From a virus (lineage: Duplodnaviria > Heunggongvirae > Uroviricota > Caudoviricetes): DNA of 64,000 nt. How positions within the stretch are numbered: the first letter of the stretch is position 1; the number at the start of each line of letters is the position of its first letter. Positions 46,677 through 56,090 of the stretch are shown in pieces. The stretch spans positions 14,551-78,550 of IMG/VR virus record IMGVR_UViG_3300022562_001204; one strand, given 5' to 3'. A model generated the notes under the pieces. That model had not been told where the DNA came from. It worked only from the letters and a program-made list of their open reading frames with translations, and searched no databases. The translations under genes were made by a program, and so were the position numbers.

Positions 46677-48278
46677 TCAGAGTCCCACGTTGGATTGAAA
46701 CTCCTTGAAGAACACCACCCGGTCCATAAAAAGTTCTCGACGCTCTCGGTAGTACTGGACATGCTTCTTGATATTGTCCGAGTAGACCGTGAAGTATCGG
46801 GCGGTGCCCTTCTTGGGTTTACGCAGTCGTCCCAAGCATTGGAGGTTGGAGACGGGTGAGCGGGTGTTGTCGGTGGTGATGTTGGTGACCAGACCATCGA
46901 TATCCAGGGCGGTGCCGGCGGATTGCTGGGTGGTGACCCGGATATCCGGTTCCATCACGTTGACGTAGGGGTCTTCCTGGACGTACCGGCGGATATCCAG
47001 TTTCGGGTAGATCTTCTTGAGGTGTTCGACGAGCGCATCGCACATTTTGACCGTCCTGACGAAGATGATGCACTTGAAACCAGGTTCGTACTTGTCCATG
47101 TACCCATTACGGACCACCTCCTCGACCAGCTCAAGGTATCGTTTCTTGATGTCAGGGTTCTTGAGGATGGACTTCTCATAAGCGGACTGGGAGTAGACAC
47201 TCGCCCCACGTTCAGAGGTCTTGATCTTCCTGAGTCGGTCTGGATGGATGCCGTACGCGATCCCGTAGGCCTGGATGTACTTCTCCATCTTCACTTCTTC
47301 GAAGCGAATCTCCCTGGGGAACATCACCTTCTGCATCTGGTCGATGAAGTCCTCGTTCGACAGGAAGGTGGCAGAGAGGGCGATCAGTCGGTCGACGTTC
47401 ATGTAGCATGTCGCCTTGTAGACCATGTGGAGATGTTGGTGAGCCTCGTCCACAAGTGCGGTACCAATCCCTAGCAGCGCAAAGATGTCCTCAGGAGCGC
47501 ACCCGTACTCTACGTCGACACAGTACGTAGGGTCTTTAGCATACGACTTCAGGAAGTTATTCCAGGTGGTCAGGGAGATCACCACGAAGTCTGATTGATA
47601 CTGGCTTGTCTTTCCGAGGTCGATAAGCCCTCGAAGCGCATCCGATCCCGTGACGACCATGATATCCTTCTTCCCTGCCGTGGTCGTATTCTGAATATCC
47701 TCCACCCACTTCTCGATATACCGAGGAATCAGGAAGACCGCGGTACGCAGACCCCTTTGGCAGATTGACCAGAGTCCGCAGACGGTCTTACCCGACCCCG
47801 TGGGGAGGGTAACCAACCGACTATGCAAGTCATGGATGTCCTCTCTCAGGATGAAGTCCACGACCTGAGGCTGTTTCCGTTCTTCTTGAAGTGTCCAGCC
47901 TTCCCTGATCTTGGCCTTCATTGGCAAAGCTTCATGAAGCGGCGCATCGGCAACGGCATACTTACTGCTGTCATAGCCCCGGCTGTACAGATACTCCACA
48001 AAGGCTGGAAACTGACCGATGTGGAACCTGTATTCCTGGGCATTTCCGATGGATTCAGCGAAAACCTTGGTTTTCTCCTCCTCCTGCTGGGTAGGGACGT
48101 AGCGGTTCCATGCATTCAGCTGGGGATTGACGGAGCTTTGGTTGGGTGAGAACCCCTGATGGACGTATTTAAGGAAGAAGGTCTCTACCCAGCGACGCCC
48201 CGTCGGGGTAATCTTGGTCACCCTGAAGAAGTGCGTGTAGCGAATGATTCTGAATATGGGTTCGATCGCAATATCCAA
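46677..48278 (-). CDS. uvsW: SF2 helicase, UvsW-like (phiKZ gp75-like)
   Basis: LPTGSGKT, VDEAH, LSAT, GTALDI, QCLGRLRK. Confidence 0.85.
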   Translation of the reverse strand: MDIAIEPIFRIIRYTHFFRVTKITPTGRRWVETFFLKYVHQGFSPNQSSVNPQLNAWNRYVPTQQEEEKTKVFAESIGNAQEYRFHIGQFPAFVEYLYSRGYDSSKYAVADAPLHEALPMKAKIREGWTLQEERKQPQVVDFILREDIHDLHSRLVTLPTGSGKTVCGLWSICQRGLRTAVFLIPRYIEKWVEDIQNTTTAGKKDIMVVTGSDALRGLIDLGKTSQYQSDFVVISLTTWNNFLKSYAKDPTYCVDVEYGCAPEDIFALLGIGTALVDEAHQHLHMVYKATCYMNVDRLIALSATFLSNEDFIDQMQKVMFPREIRFEEVKMEKYIQAYGIAYGIHPDRLRKIKTSERGASVYSQSAYEKSILKNPDIKKRYLELVEEVVRNGYMDKYEPGFKCIIFVRTVKMCDALVEHLKKIYPKLDIRRYVQEDPYVNVMEPDIRVTTQQSAGTALDIDGLVTNITTDNTRSPVSNLQCLGRLRKPKKGTARYFTVYSDNIKKHVQYYRERRELFMDRVVFFKEFQSNVGL

Positions 48279-48329
48279 ACGGTCGTCCTCGTGGGTGAGG
48301 GGCGGGTGTCCCTATCCGCCCCACCGGGG

Positions 48330-50405
48330 TCAGTGTTTACCGCGTCGCTTGGTATCTTCAACCACTTCCTTGGGTCTGAAGTACACGTCAAGCGGAGAGC
48401 TGGGTCTGCCCTCATTGAAGAAGCTGGCGGGGTTCGTGATGATGTCCGTCTGCTTCTCGTAGACCAGGCTTGGGCCCATCGACCGGTTCTGAATGATGCT
48501 CTTAGCGACGTTCAGGCCGGCACCCGGGTGGTTACGGGCCATGGCGTAGTTGTTCGGACCTGCCGTCATATTGGCGTACACGATGGTCTCTAGCACAGCA
48601 ATATTGACAGACAACTTCGAGTTCACCAGGTCGAACAACTCCTGGAGTACCCGTACCGGGGCGTCCGGTCGACTCCTCAGTCGGATGTCCTTGATCTTGG
48701 ACTCGATCATCTCCGCGATCTGCTTCGAGTGATCCGAGTAGCTATACTCGACATCCGGGATCTTCAGGATGGGTTCGTTCAGCGCCCACTTCGAGAGGTC
48801 AAATACGAAGTTCTCGTGTTCATCCGTCTCCCACTGGACATTCCGAGCGTAGTCCAGGAACTCCATGGACAGGTACCCGGGTCGTCCGTTCTGGTCCACC
48901 CCAACCACGGTCGGGACATGAAAACCCTCCACCATCTCCTCACGGATCTCCATGGTCTGGACCGAAGAGATACGTGCCGGAGAGATCCCCTGGTTACTAC
49001 TGACGTGCAATAGGTCTGTCAACCCCACCGCGGCAGCGCGGGGGATTACCAGGGAGAGCTTACTCGTCTTTATACCAGGGCGGATGTAAAACGCCATGGT
49101 TTTCGGAACGAAGTGGAAGTACCGCCGGGCCTCCTGGGACAGCATGAAGTCGCTACCCACACCCGAGCCAATGAGATGCTTGGTGCCCAGGATGCTCTGG
49201 GTGCTTTGCTGGGTCAGCGTCGCACAGCAGAGGTGTCCTAGGTTAGCAAACCGAGAGACATTGATGGAGAGCATCCCGAAACAGGTCGAGCAGACCATAT
49301 GCGGGTCTTTCAGGTGACAGAACATGTGAGATCGCATCTTGATCACCTTACCAATCAGGAAGGTGTCGTCGCTGGTGATCTCCCGGAGCGTCCCGGTATC
49401 CTCATCCAACCGGTATTTCCCGACCAGTAGGGGTAGGTCACCACCGTAGCTGATGTGACCCGCCGAGTTCATGGCAGGTCCCCTCACCAGCCATGACACG
49501 TACTCCGTACTGCCGCAGTCGCCTTCCTCGATCCCCTCCACCACCATGCTGACCAACTGCAAGCGCCGAGCAAAGTACTCGGAGTCCTGCAAAGGCTGCT
49601 CGGCGCTGAAGAGATGTTTGGCTGCCCCACGAGACTCCGCCACGAAGTCATAGACCTTATACATCCCCGTGACGTAGTTACTCATGATCGGCTGACTGAG
49701 GATCGCTCCGGTCACCTCGGTCGGAAGACCTCGCATCAGCGCACACTGGTTCACCTGGTTCATGTTCAGCAGGCCCATACGGACATACTGCACCATGGAG
49801 TTGTCCTGATGACGCTCATTCTCCATGATGATCTTCTGCGCACTCGAGTAGAACTCAGCGATGGAGTGCGCCGTGGCGATCGTCTTTTCTTTGAGGGCCA
49901 GGATCTCGGAGTCTCGGACGATCGAGATGATGTCTGAGAGGTCCACGGTCGCCACATACTCGCCCGTCAGGGTCGGTAGGACGTTGTAGATCGTATTCAC
50001 CACATCGTAAATGAGTGAGAGGATCTTCTCTCGCTCAGTATGGCTGCGGTGTCCGTGGTTCCGAATCAGCTGTTCGGTAATCCGGGTCAGGAGGTTGATA
50101 TGTGTCGCCGAAGTCATCAGCCTCCCTTTCAGGACGCTGGAGACATGGTGGTCGTACGTGATGGGGAGTTCTGGGTAGTGTGCATGAAACTCCCAGAAGA
50201 ACCGGCTCAGGGCGAGTTTCCTCACCCCACTCTTCTTCACTACCCCGTTGTCATACTCGACCATCACGTAGTCAGGTACGTCAGACTCGCTCGAAAACTC
50301 CTCGAGGATCTGCTGAGGGGAATAGACCAGGAGAGCCCTGGCCTTTACCTGTGGGAAGCTCAATAGAGGTTCTCCGGGATATAGACTGTCTTGAAGCCTG
50401 CACAC
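48330..50405 (-). CDS. Non-virion RNA polymerase beta' C-terminal subunit (phiKZ gp74-like); true start may be TTG near 50362
   Basis: SEYFARRL, DCGS, C.....VCSTCFG, TQSILGTKH. Confidence 0.9.
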   Translation of the reverse strand: MCRLQDSLYPGEPLLSFPQVKARALLVYSPQQILEEFSSESDVPDYVMVEYDNGVVKKSGVRKLALSRFFWEFHAHYPELPITYDHHVSSVLKGRLMTSATHINLLTRITEQLIRNHGHRSHTEREKILSLIYDVVNTIYNVLPTLTGEYVATVDLSDIISIVRDSEILALKEKTIATAHSIAEFYSSAQKIIMENERHQDNSMVQYVRMGLLNMNQVNQCALMRGLPTEVTGAILSQPIMSNYVTGMYKVYDFVAESRGAAKHLFSAEQPLQDSEYFARRLQLVSMVVEGIEEGDCGSTEYVSWLVRGPAMNSAGHISYGGDLPLLVGKYRLDEDTGTLREITSDDTFLIGKVIKMRSHMFCHLKDPHMVCSTCFGMLSINVSRFANLGHLCCATLTQQSTQSILGTKHLIGSGVGSDFMLSQEARRYFHFVPKTMAFYIRPGIKTSKLSLVIPRAAAVGLTDLLHVSSNQGISPARISSVQTMEIREEMVEGFHVPTVVGVDQNGRPGYLSMEFLDYARNVQWETDEHENFVFDLSKWALNEPILKIPDVEYSYSDHSKQIAEMIESKIKDIRLRSRPDAPVRVLQELFDLVNSKLSVNIAVLETIVYANMTAGPNNYAMARNHPGAGLNVAKSIIQNRSMGPSLVYEKQTDIITNPASFFNEGRPSSPLDVYFRPKEVVEDTKRRGKH

Positions 50406-52492
50406 ATGCTGACATGCCCCACCAATTGGATCGGACGACCACCACCCAGGGGAACCTGGTTGCGGTCCACAATCTCCTCAATGTCGCTGGGATTCTCCTT
50501 CGTGAGTAAGTTCCAGTAAATGTTTCGACGGGTGGTCGGGTTACTGGACCGATCAAATAGCTCAGCAATGGACTCCACCCCGCTGTAGCCGGCAAAGATT
50601 CGAGATTCGGTCTCGCCAGACAGGCGGGTCGGTGAGTTGCGGAAGGGATAATTGAACTTATCCCCCTTCATCACCGAGGAGAGGATGCCGAAGTGCTGAA
50701 GACGTGCGGTCGAGGTCGCTGACCATTCGTCTGCCAGTTTGTCCAGCAGGAACATGTAGACCATGCCAATCCTGATCTTCTTCTTGGTGGTCACCCAGTT
50801 GCCGGAGGGTGCCCGATACCGTACCGGTGTGTACGTCGGCTCGAAGATCCTGTCGATGTCGGCAGCGATATCGATGGGGAGTTTCGGGTTATCCACCGGC
50901 ATGAAGATTCGACAGATGCCCTCCGTCATCACGTCAGAGAGATGTTCCAGCTGGTCTTCCCAGGACAACCCTCCGAAGTAGTTCGGCATCGTATCATTGA
51001 ACTGCCTGTAGAACAGATACAGATAGTTCAGTGCTTTCTCGACCTTCTCGATGGGTTGACATTGGAGCCACTCGATCGAACACGGTCGACGTTTGTTGAA
51101 GTCGTCGATGTGTGTGCTGGCGCAGAGCCCCAGCCCTACCGCCGTCCGAATCGTGACATCCCGAGCTGCATTGGTGAAATTCAGTTCATACAGCTGACCG
51201 AAGTTCATGCGGTTAAACGGGGGACCTGGATCGATGATGATGTCTGCCCTGACACCGTCCGGCCTCGTAGGCATCTCCGATTCGTCCATGATCTTGCAGA
51301 TCACGCCCTTGTTACCGGAGCTGTTACTGATTTTGTCCCCGATAGACGGCGTGAGTTCCGACTCGATGGTGAACTTGATGTAATACTCATCGATGGGTGT
51401 GCGGCGGTTCATCAGGTGCAGTACCTGACGCTGCTGACGACCGTTGTGGTTGGTCATACCCAGAGCGTACACCAGGAGGTTGTGAAACCTCGGAGTGTGG
51501 TTGAACTCCGAGACGCCATACTTGGCTTTACGCTCCAGTCGGATCTGCCGTTCTGCTTCCAGGATGTTCTGATAGTACTTGACCAGGGCATCCGCGTAGC
51601 GATCAGCCTGGGTGGTCAGGCCTGTGGGGGTCTTCTTGTTGGGGTTGTTGTTTCGAATAACCTCGATATCAACGACTCGACCCATCCCAGATCGGGCGTA
51701 GATGGATTTGTCGAAGATATGGTCGGGGTTCTGCATGTCGCGAGTCCCTAGCGTCACAGCGTACGCATCAGGATCGTGTTCACGCAAGGTCATCAAGAGA
51801 CCATCGGTCTTCACGATGTCGCCGATGTCTGGGAATTGCTTCCCGACACCATAGATGTTGATCGGGTAGTGGGTACTCCCGAACTCCACGATGCGTTCAT
51901 CGTAAACTTTGAACTTCAGCTTCTCCAACAGCTGCTTGGAGACCACCACGCCATCCTCAGCCACCCCTGGGACGGACATATAGGCGGCGTTGATGTTCCG
52001 ACCGTAGGCGTAGCTGTTTCCGTCGATCACCCCGGGGGTGTCAGCAAAGACCGTATCCTTGGCGAAGTAGGCGTTTGGCTGGGTCAGTCGCTCACAGGCC
52101 TCGGTCATTTGGCATTTCCAGCCAAAGTACTGATGGAAGCTCCGATGATACGGAATGGTAAAACAGTCGATTTCCTTGGTGTCTTCTCGTTCGTAGATGA
52201 CCAATAGCTCCGGGTTCATCCGGATGCTGTTTTGCCCCACGCTCTGTGGATACTTTGGAATGACCCTCAGGACACGGCCGTTTTCCGGCATCTTGATCCC
52301 GAGTGTGTATTTGGCGAACTCCTGTTCCGGCCCGGCATAGAGGATTTTCTCCTCCAGCCCGTTGATGACGAGATGCTGCGTGTAGTGACTCCCGAACATC
52401 ACGCCACGAGAGGCGCTGTTCGTGGGAGCCGTGGAACTCATGGCGTGGATCCCCAAGAATTCCGGCTTCAGCTCGTTCTCTGACTCAATCAT
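50360..52492 (-). CDS. Non-virion RNA polymerase beta C-terminal subunit (phiKZ gp71-73-like), uninterrupted
   Basis: EDGVVVS, GDKISNSSGNKGVI, ADIIIDP..P.NRMNFGQL, RLSGETE. Confidence 0.92.
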   Translation of the reverse strand: MIESENELKPEFLGIHAMSSTAPTNSASRGVMFGSHYTQHLVINGLEEKILYAGPEQEFAKYTLGIKMPENGRVLRVIPKYPQSVGQNSIRMNPELLVIYEREDTKEIDCFTIPYHRSFHQYFGWKCQMTEACERLTQPNAYFAKDTVFADTPGVIDGNSYAYGRNINAAYMSVPGVAEDGVVVSKQLLEKLKFKVYDERIVEFGSTHYPINIYGVGKQFPDIGDIVKTDGLLMTLREHDPDAYAVTLGTRDMQNPDHIFDKSIYARSGMGRVVDIEVIRNNNPNKKTPTGLTTQADRYADALVKYYQNILEAERQIRLERKAKYGVSEFNHTPRFHNLLVYALGMTNHNGRQQRQVLHLMNRRTPIDEYYIKFTIESELTPSIGDKISNSSGNKGVICKIMDESEMPTRPDGVRADIIIDPGPPFNRMNFGQLYELNFTNAARDVTIRTAVGLGLCASTHIDDFNKRRPCSIEWLQCQPIEKVEKALNYLYLFYRQFNDTMPNYFGGLSWEDQLEHLSDVMTEGICRIFMPVDNPKLPIDIAADIDRIFEPTYTPVRYRAPSGNWVTTKKKIRIGMVYMFLLDKLADEWSATSTARLQHFGILSSVMKGDKFNYPFRNSPTRLSGETESRIFAGYSGVESIAELFDRSSNPTTRRNIYWNLLTKENPSDIEEIVDRNQVPLGGGRPIQLVGHVSMCAGFKTVYIPENLY

Positions 52493-52533
52493 GGTTCCCT
52501 TCTACTTGGTTAAGACCGCGTACCGTCCAGGTA

Positions 52534-52542
52534 GAGTATATC
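52534..52542 (-). promoter_or_regulatory. GATATACTC motif upstream of nvRNAP beta
   Basis: Exact 9-mer 42 nt upstream of the ATG. Confidence 0.7.
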
Positions 52543-52569
52543 TACCTCCACTCCTTTAATAAGGCCGCT

Positions 52570-52908
52570 ATGAATATCTCCACGATGTTTCCGACAGTCT
52601 CTGATCTCTACACGCAGACCGGGTTGATCAATCTGTTCGAAGATCACCTGACCTACTTCAGAAACCACGCGGACACGACCTCGCTCACCGTCGACGCCCA
52701 GAAGGCCGAGATGTACACCGGCGATCTCTACGGGCTTCTGGCTCTGAACGGGGTTCCGATTGATCAGATTCAGCTGGCCATTCGGATGAACTACTACAAG
52801 AACTCTTCGGAGTACCGCGGAGATAAGCTAACGTTTCTGATCCCTCCAGCCTCTGCTGTGGTTCTTCTTGCCAACATCTACAAAACACAAAAAGCAGCTT
52901 CCACCTAA
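52570..52908 (+). CDS. Small LysM-like protein, possible baseplate wedge (T4 gp53-like)
   Basis: Y.GDLYGLL...GVP......IRMN......Y.G....LIP pattern. Confidence 0.5.
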   Translation: MNISTMFPTVSDLYTQTGLINLFEDHLTYFRNHADTTSLTVDAQKAEMYTGDLYGLLALNGVPIDQIQLAIRMNYYKNSSEYRGDKLTFLIPPASAVVLLANIYKTQKAAST

Positions 52909-52912
52909 GCAT

Positions 52913-52949
52913 CCGCCTGCTCAGCCTTGGTCAGGGGCTGAGCGGGCGG
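52913..52949. terminator. Terminator between convergent genes
   Basis: 14-bp stem with one G-U pair. Confidence 0.7.
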
Positions 52950-52955
52950 TATGGC

Positions 52956-54563
52956 TTACCGCTGACGCCAGTCGTTCGGCATCTTCTTGAAGCTTCCCGT
53001 ATCGCTGGGGCGACTTGTGTCTTCAGAAGAGGCGAAACGTTGACCGCTTACGTTGAAGTTGTTCCAGGAGACCGGCTGCTGATTCATCGGAGGCGGATAT
53101 CCCGGCTGGGGATATCCTGGCATCTGAGTCCCCTGCTGCGGGTAGTAGCCTGGAGGATAGGGTTGCGGGTAGCCCGGCGGGGGCATTTGAACGGAGGGAC
53201 CCTGAGGGGGATATCCCGGAGGGTACATGGGTTGCATTGGGGGTTGCCCCGGCATCTGCTGAGGATACCCCTGCGGATACATCGGCTGCATCGGCGGCTG
53301 GCCAGGCATCTGCTGAGGATACATGGGTTGCTGGGGGTACACCGGCTGCTGTGGCGGCATCATGGGAACAGGGCGTCCCTGAGCGTCATACTGAACAGGG
53401 ACGTATCCTGGAGGATACTGACCATATTGCCGCACGTAGTTCTCCACGTATTCATTTGTCAGCTGCTGAGCGAGAAGACCGCCGTTTGCCGCCAACTGAG
53501 GAGTCACAGCTAGTACGTCACTCATACTGGCCTTGCCGGAGGAGGCTGGTGTCGGTTCCTTCTTTTGTTCGGGAGGGGGTTGAACCGGAGCCGGCTGCCG
53601 GGGTTCAGGGGCCACTACCTTGGCCGGAGTATTGCTACTCTGAGGGATCTCCTGGCTGGGGTGTCGTTGTTCAGAAACAGGTACTGCGCCGATATTGCCG
53701 CGCAGGTCGCCCATTTCCTGGATTTCGGAGCTGAGCGCCTGGAGAGACTGGAAGGTCTCCAGCCAGTCCATGTCGAAGAGGAAGTCCTCCCATTCCGGGA
53801 TGAAGTCCTTGAAGAGGCTGGCGATCTCGTTGAGACGAGTCGCTAGCACTGCGGCAGCCTTCGTCAGGACGTCCAGGAACGGCGCCACATGACTGCGAGT
53901 CCCGTAGTTGTAGGTGTCGGGTTCGTCCAGTCCGGGGAAGATATACTCGAAGACCGCTTTATACGCGGCATGATCCCCGACCAGGTGGCGGGACTTCTTC
54001 TCCGGATCCGTCAGCTCCTTGTAGAAGGGGAAGGTGATGATGGCGACACGGCTATACGACTTGCCGATCCACGTCCCCTGCTTCTTCAGGTAGATCCCCA
54101 CAAACGGAGACGGGACCTTCTTCTTCAAATAGCTCAGCATTTGAGCCTGGAAGTTCTGTCCTGTCTTTTCGTTTGCATCACGAACTACCTTCAGCAGGGA
54201 GTTCTGATCTGGGCTCAGCCGCCGCTGGAGGTCTTGGCTGCCAGCAATGACCAGCAAAGATGTCGTGATCTGACCCGTCACCAAGTTCAGTCGAGTCAGG
54301 ATGGCGTTCCGAAGCTTCTGAAGAACCTCGGATTCTCCGCCACGAAGAACGGACTCGCAGAGTGGGTGAAAGTAGATCTTCTCCTGATCAGGGTCACTGA
54401 ACTGCTTCTGACAGGGGAAGACCAGCTTCTGGTCACCAATCAGGATGTTCGGCGTAGGTCCATTGGAGTTGAAGAGATCGGCAACGATCTCTCCCTCTTC
54501 ATTGACCCCCATCCCTGCAAACTTCAGCAGGGACGTATAGGCCTTCTCGATTCTTTCTGACAT
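52956..54563 (-). CDS. Conserved nucleus-block protein (phiKZ gp70 position) with Q/P/Y/M/G-rich C-terminus
   Basis: YFHPLCES motif; synteny between the PicA-position gene and RNAP beta. Confidence 0.6.
   Translation of the reverse strand: MSERIEKAYTSLLKFAGMGVNEEGEIVADLFNSNGPTPNILIGDQKLVFPCQKQFSDPDQEKIYFHPLCESVLRGGESEVLQKLRNAILTRLNLVTGQITTSLLVIAGSQDLQRRLSPDQNSLLKVVRDANEKTGQNFQAQMLSYLKKKVPSPFVGIYLKKQGTWIGKSYSRVAIITFPFYKELTDPEKKSRHLVGDHAAYKAVFEYIFPGLDEPDTYNYGTRSHVAPFLDVLTKAAAVLATRLNEIASLFKDFIPEWEDFLFDMDWLETFQSLQALSSEIQEMGDLRGNIGAVPVSEQRHPSQEIPQSSNTPAKVVAPEPRQPAPVQPPPEQKKEPTPASSGKASMSDVLAVTPQLAANGGLLAQQLTNEYVENYVRQYGQYPPGYVPVQYDAQGRPVPMMPPQQPVYPQQPMYPQQMPGQPPMQPMYPQGYPQQMPGQPPMQPMYPPGYPPQGPSVQMPPPGYPQPYPPGYYPQQGTQMPGYPQPGYPPPMNQQPVSWNNFNVSGQRFASSEDTSRPSDTGSFKKMPNDWRQR
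53090..53400 (-). repeat. Q/P/Y/M/G low-complexity repeats
   Basis: YPQQMPGQPPMQPMYP occurs twice, with further YPPGY/YPQ units. Confidence 0.8.
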
Positions 54564-54575
54564 GAAGGGTCCTGG

Positions 54576-56066
54576 TTAGATGCCCATGTTGACGGATGTG
54601 GTGCCCAGGCTGGTGTTTGAAACCTCTGACAGCAGCTGGTACATATCGCTGGAGGTGTCCCTCAGGACCGCGCCATTGACAGAATAGGTCGGCGCCAGCA
54701 ATGAATCGCAGAACGACGGAACCTGGAACGGCGTCGGGGGGCGACCATTCATGGAGACCGAGAGGGTCGTACTGCCCAAAAGGTCGAACTCCACGGTGAT
54801 ATCGTACAGTTCCTGGTTGTTGTGGGTGATATCCATCATCACTTCCTGGACGAACCGCTGCTTGAAAGCTTCCAGGTACTGGCTGGTGTTTCGACTCGCG
54901 AGATCCATGCAGCCCGTGATGAAGACCTGGTTCATACCCCCATGGAACGCATTGGTGGCTTTGAAGGCCAGTTTCGTCAGCATGTACGCCGACATCAGGC
55001 TGGGTACGCCGTGCAGCAACATGACAGCAACTTGAACATGACGGTCATTCGGGTTATGCCAGTACTCAGTCTGTCCAGCGACGGGCAGTTTGGTCATGGC
55101 GTTCGGATCCAGTACCTGGAACCGACTGACGCTCTCGTGGTTCACCCCAGGGTCCAGACGTTGAAGGTGAGCCATTCTGAAGGACATCGGGTTACCGACA
55201 CCGATTTGGCCGGCAATGGCACGGAAGAACGGATTGTCAGAGAGAGTGTTATCTGCAACAAGGTCTCTGGCACGACCGAACGCATCCATCGTATCGTTAC
55301 CGTATGCCGAGACCGCCTGTGCCGTGGTGTAGGCATTGACGACTCCCGTCAGATAGGATACCGGCAGGTTATTCATGCGGGATGACATGGAGCTGATCGA
55401 TGACAGATCCGTACTGCTATCGTAGTAGTCTGCCCTCTGACCCAAGTCGGCTTCCAGCTGATGCTGGCGGATCTGGGCGTAGACATCCTGAGGGCGCATA
55501 CCGGCCACGGTGTTGGTCGGGGAGCCCTGGGAGACGACTCGACCATTGATGATCTGGTTGGAACTCATCACCCGTTCTTCACTGACGACCCCGCCCGCAT
55601 GGTGGAAGTTGATGACCACGGTGCCGATCACGGAGTTTACGAAGAACTCGATGTTCGGGTCTACGACCCGGTTATACGACAGATCGAAGTGGGAAGTGTA
55701 GCCCTGCAGGTAGTAGTAGTTCACTGTACCGGTGGCCTGGGTGACTTCCACACGCATCATGAATCGCCCACGCGGGCGATCCCATCCATTCGGAATGGCC
55801 ACCATGCCTTGAGGCTGGTGAGACGGCGCCACGAATTCCCCGGCCATACCGGCCAGCATCGTCCCCGCCGACCCGCCATTACCACGCGCTGACTCTTCCA
55901 CACGCTCGATGATCCGATTCGCCAGATCCCCATTGAAGTGGGTCTCATACGGGCGATTGTACATCGGGTTGTAGGTGCCGGTCTGGCTACAGATCAACTT
56001 GGTGATCCGGATCTTCGGTGCTCGTAGGGCGCCTTCATCGTGGAATGTCTGGTTCATGTACGACAT
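54576..56066 (-). CDS. picA: Probable PicA/Imp1 phage-nucleus import protein (phiKZ gp69-like)
   Basis: 496 aa, directly downstream of the gp68-like gene; RPYET, IPNGW...R.RF and P.FCDSL motifs. Mainly synteny. Confidence 0.65.
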   Translation of the reverse strand: MSYMNQTFHDEGALRAPKIRITKLICSQTGTYNPMYNRPYETHFNGDLANRIIERVEESARGNGGSAGTMLAGMAGEFVAPSHQPQGMVAIPNGWDRPRGRFMMRVEVTQATGTVNYYYLQGYTSHFDLSYNRVVDPNIEFFVNSVIGTVVINFHHAGGVVSEERVMSSNQIINGRVVSQGSPTNTVAGMRPQDVYAQIRQHQLEADLGQRADYYDSSTDLSSISSMSSRMNNLPVSYLTGVVNAYTTAQAVSAYGNDTMDAFGRARDLVADNTLSDNPFFRAIAGQIGVGNPMSFRMAHLQRLDPGVNHESVSRFQVLDPNAMTKLPVAGQTEYWHNPNDRHVQVAVMLLHGVPSLMSAYMLTKLAFKATNAFHGGMNQVFITGCMDLASRNTSQYLEAFKQRFVQEVMMDITHNNQELYDITVEFDLLGSTTLSVSMNGRPPTPFQVPSFCDSLLAPTYSVNGAVLRDTSSDMYQLLSEVSNTSLGTTSVNMGI

Positions 56067-56090
56067 TGCTACTCCTTGGTGAAGCGTAGT

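Noticed and set aside
50360-52492. Possible intron or homing endonuclease in nvRNAP beta, PolB or DnaB
   Set aside because: The ORFs are continuous and of expected size, with no HNH, LAGLIDADG or intein motifs.
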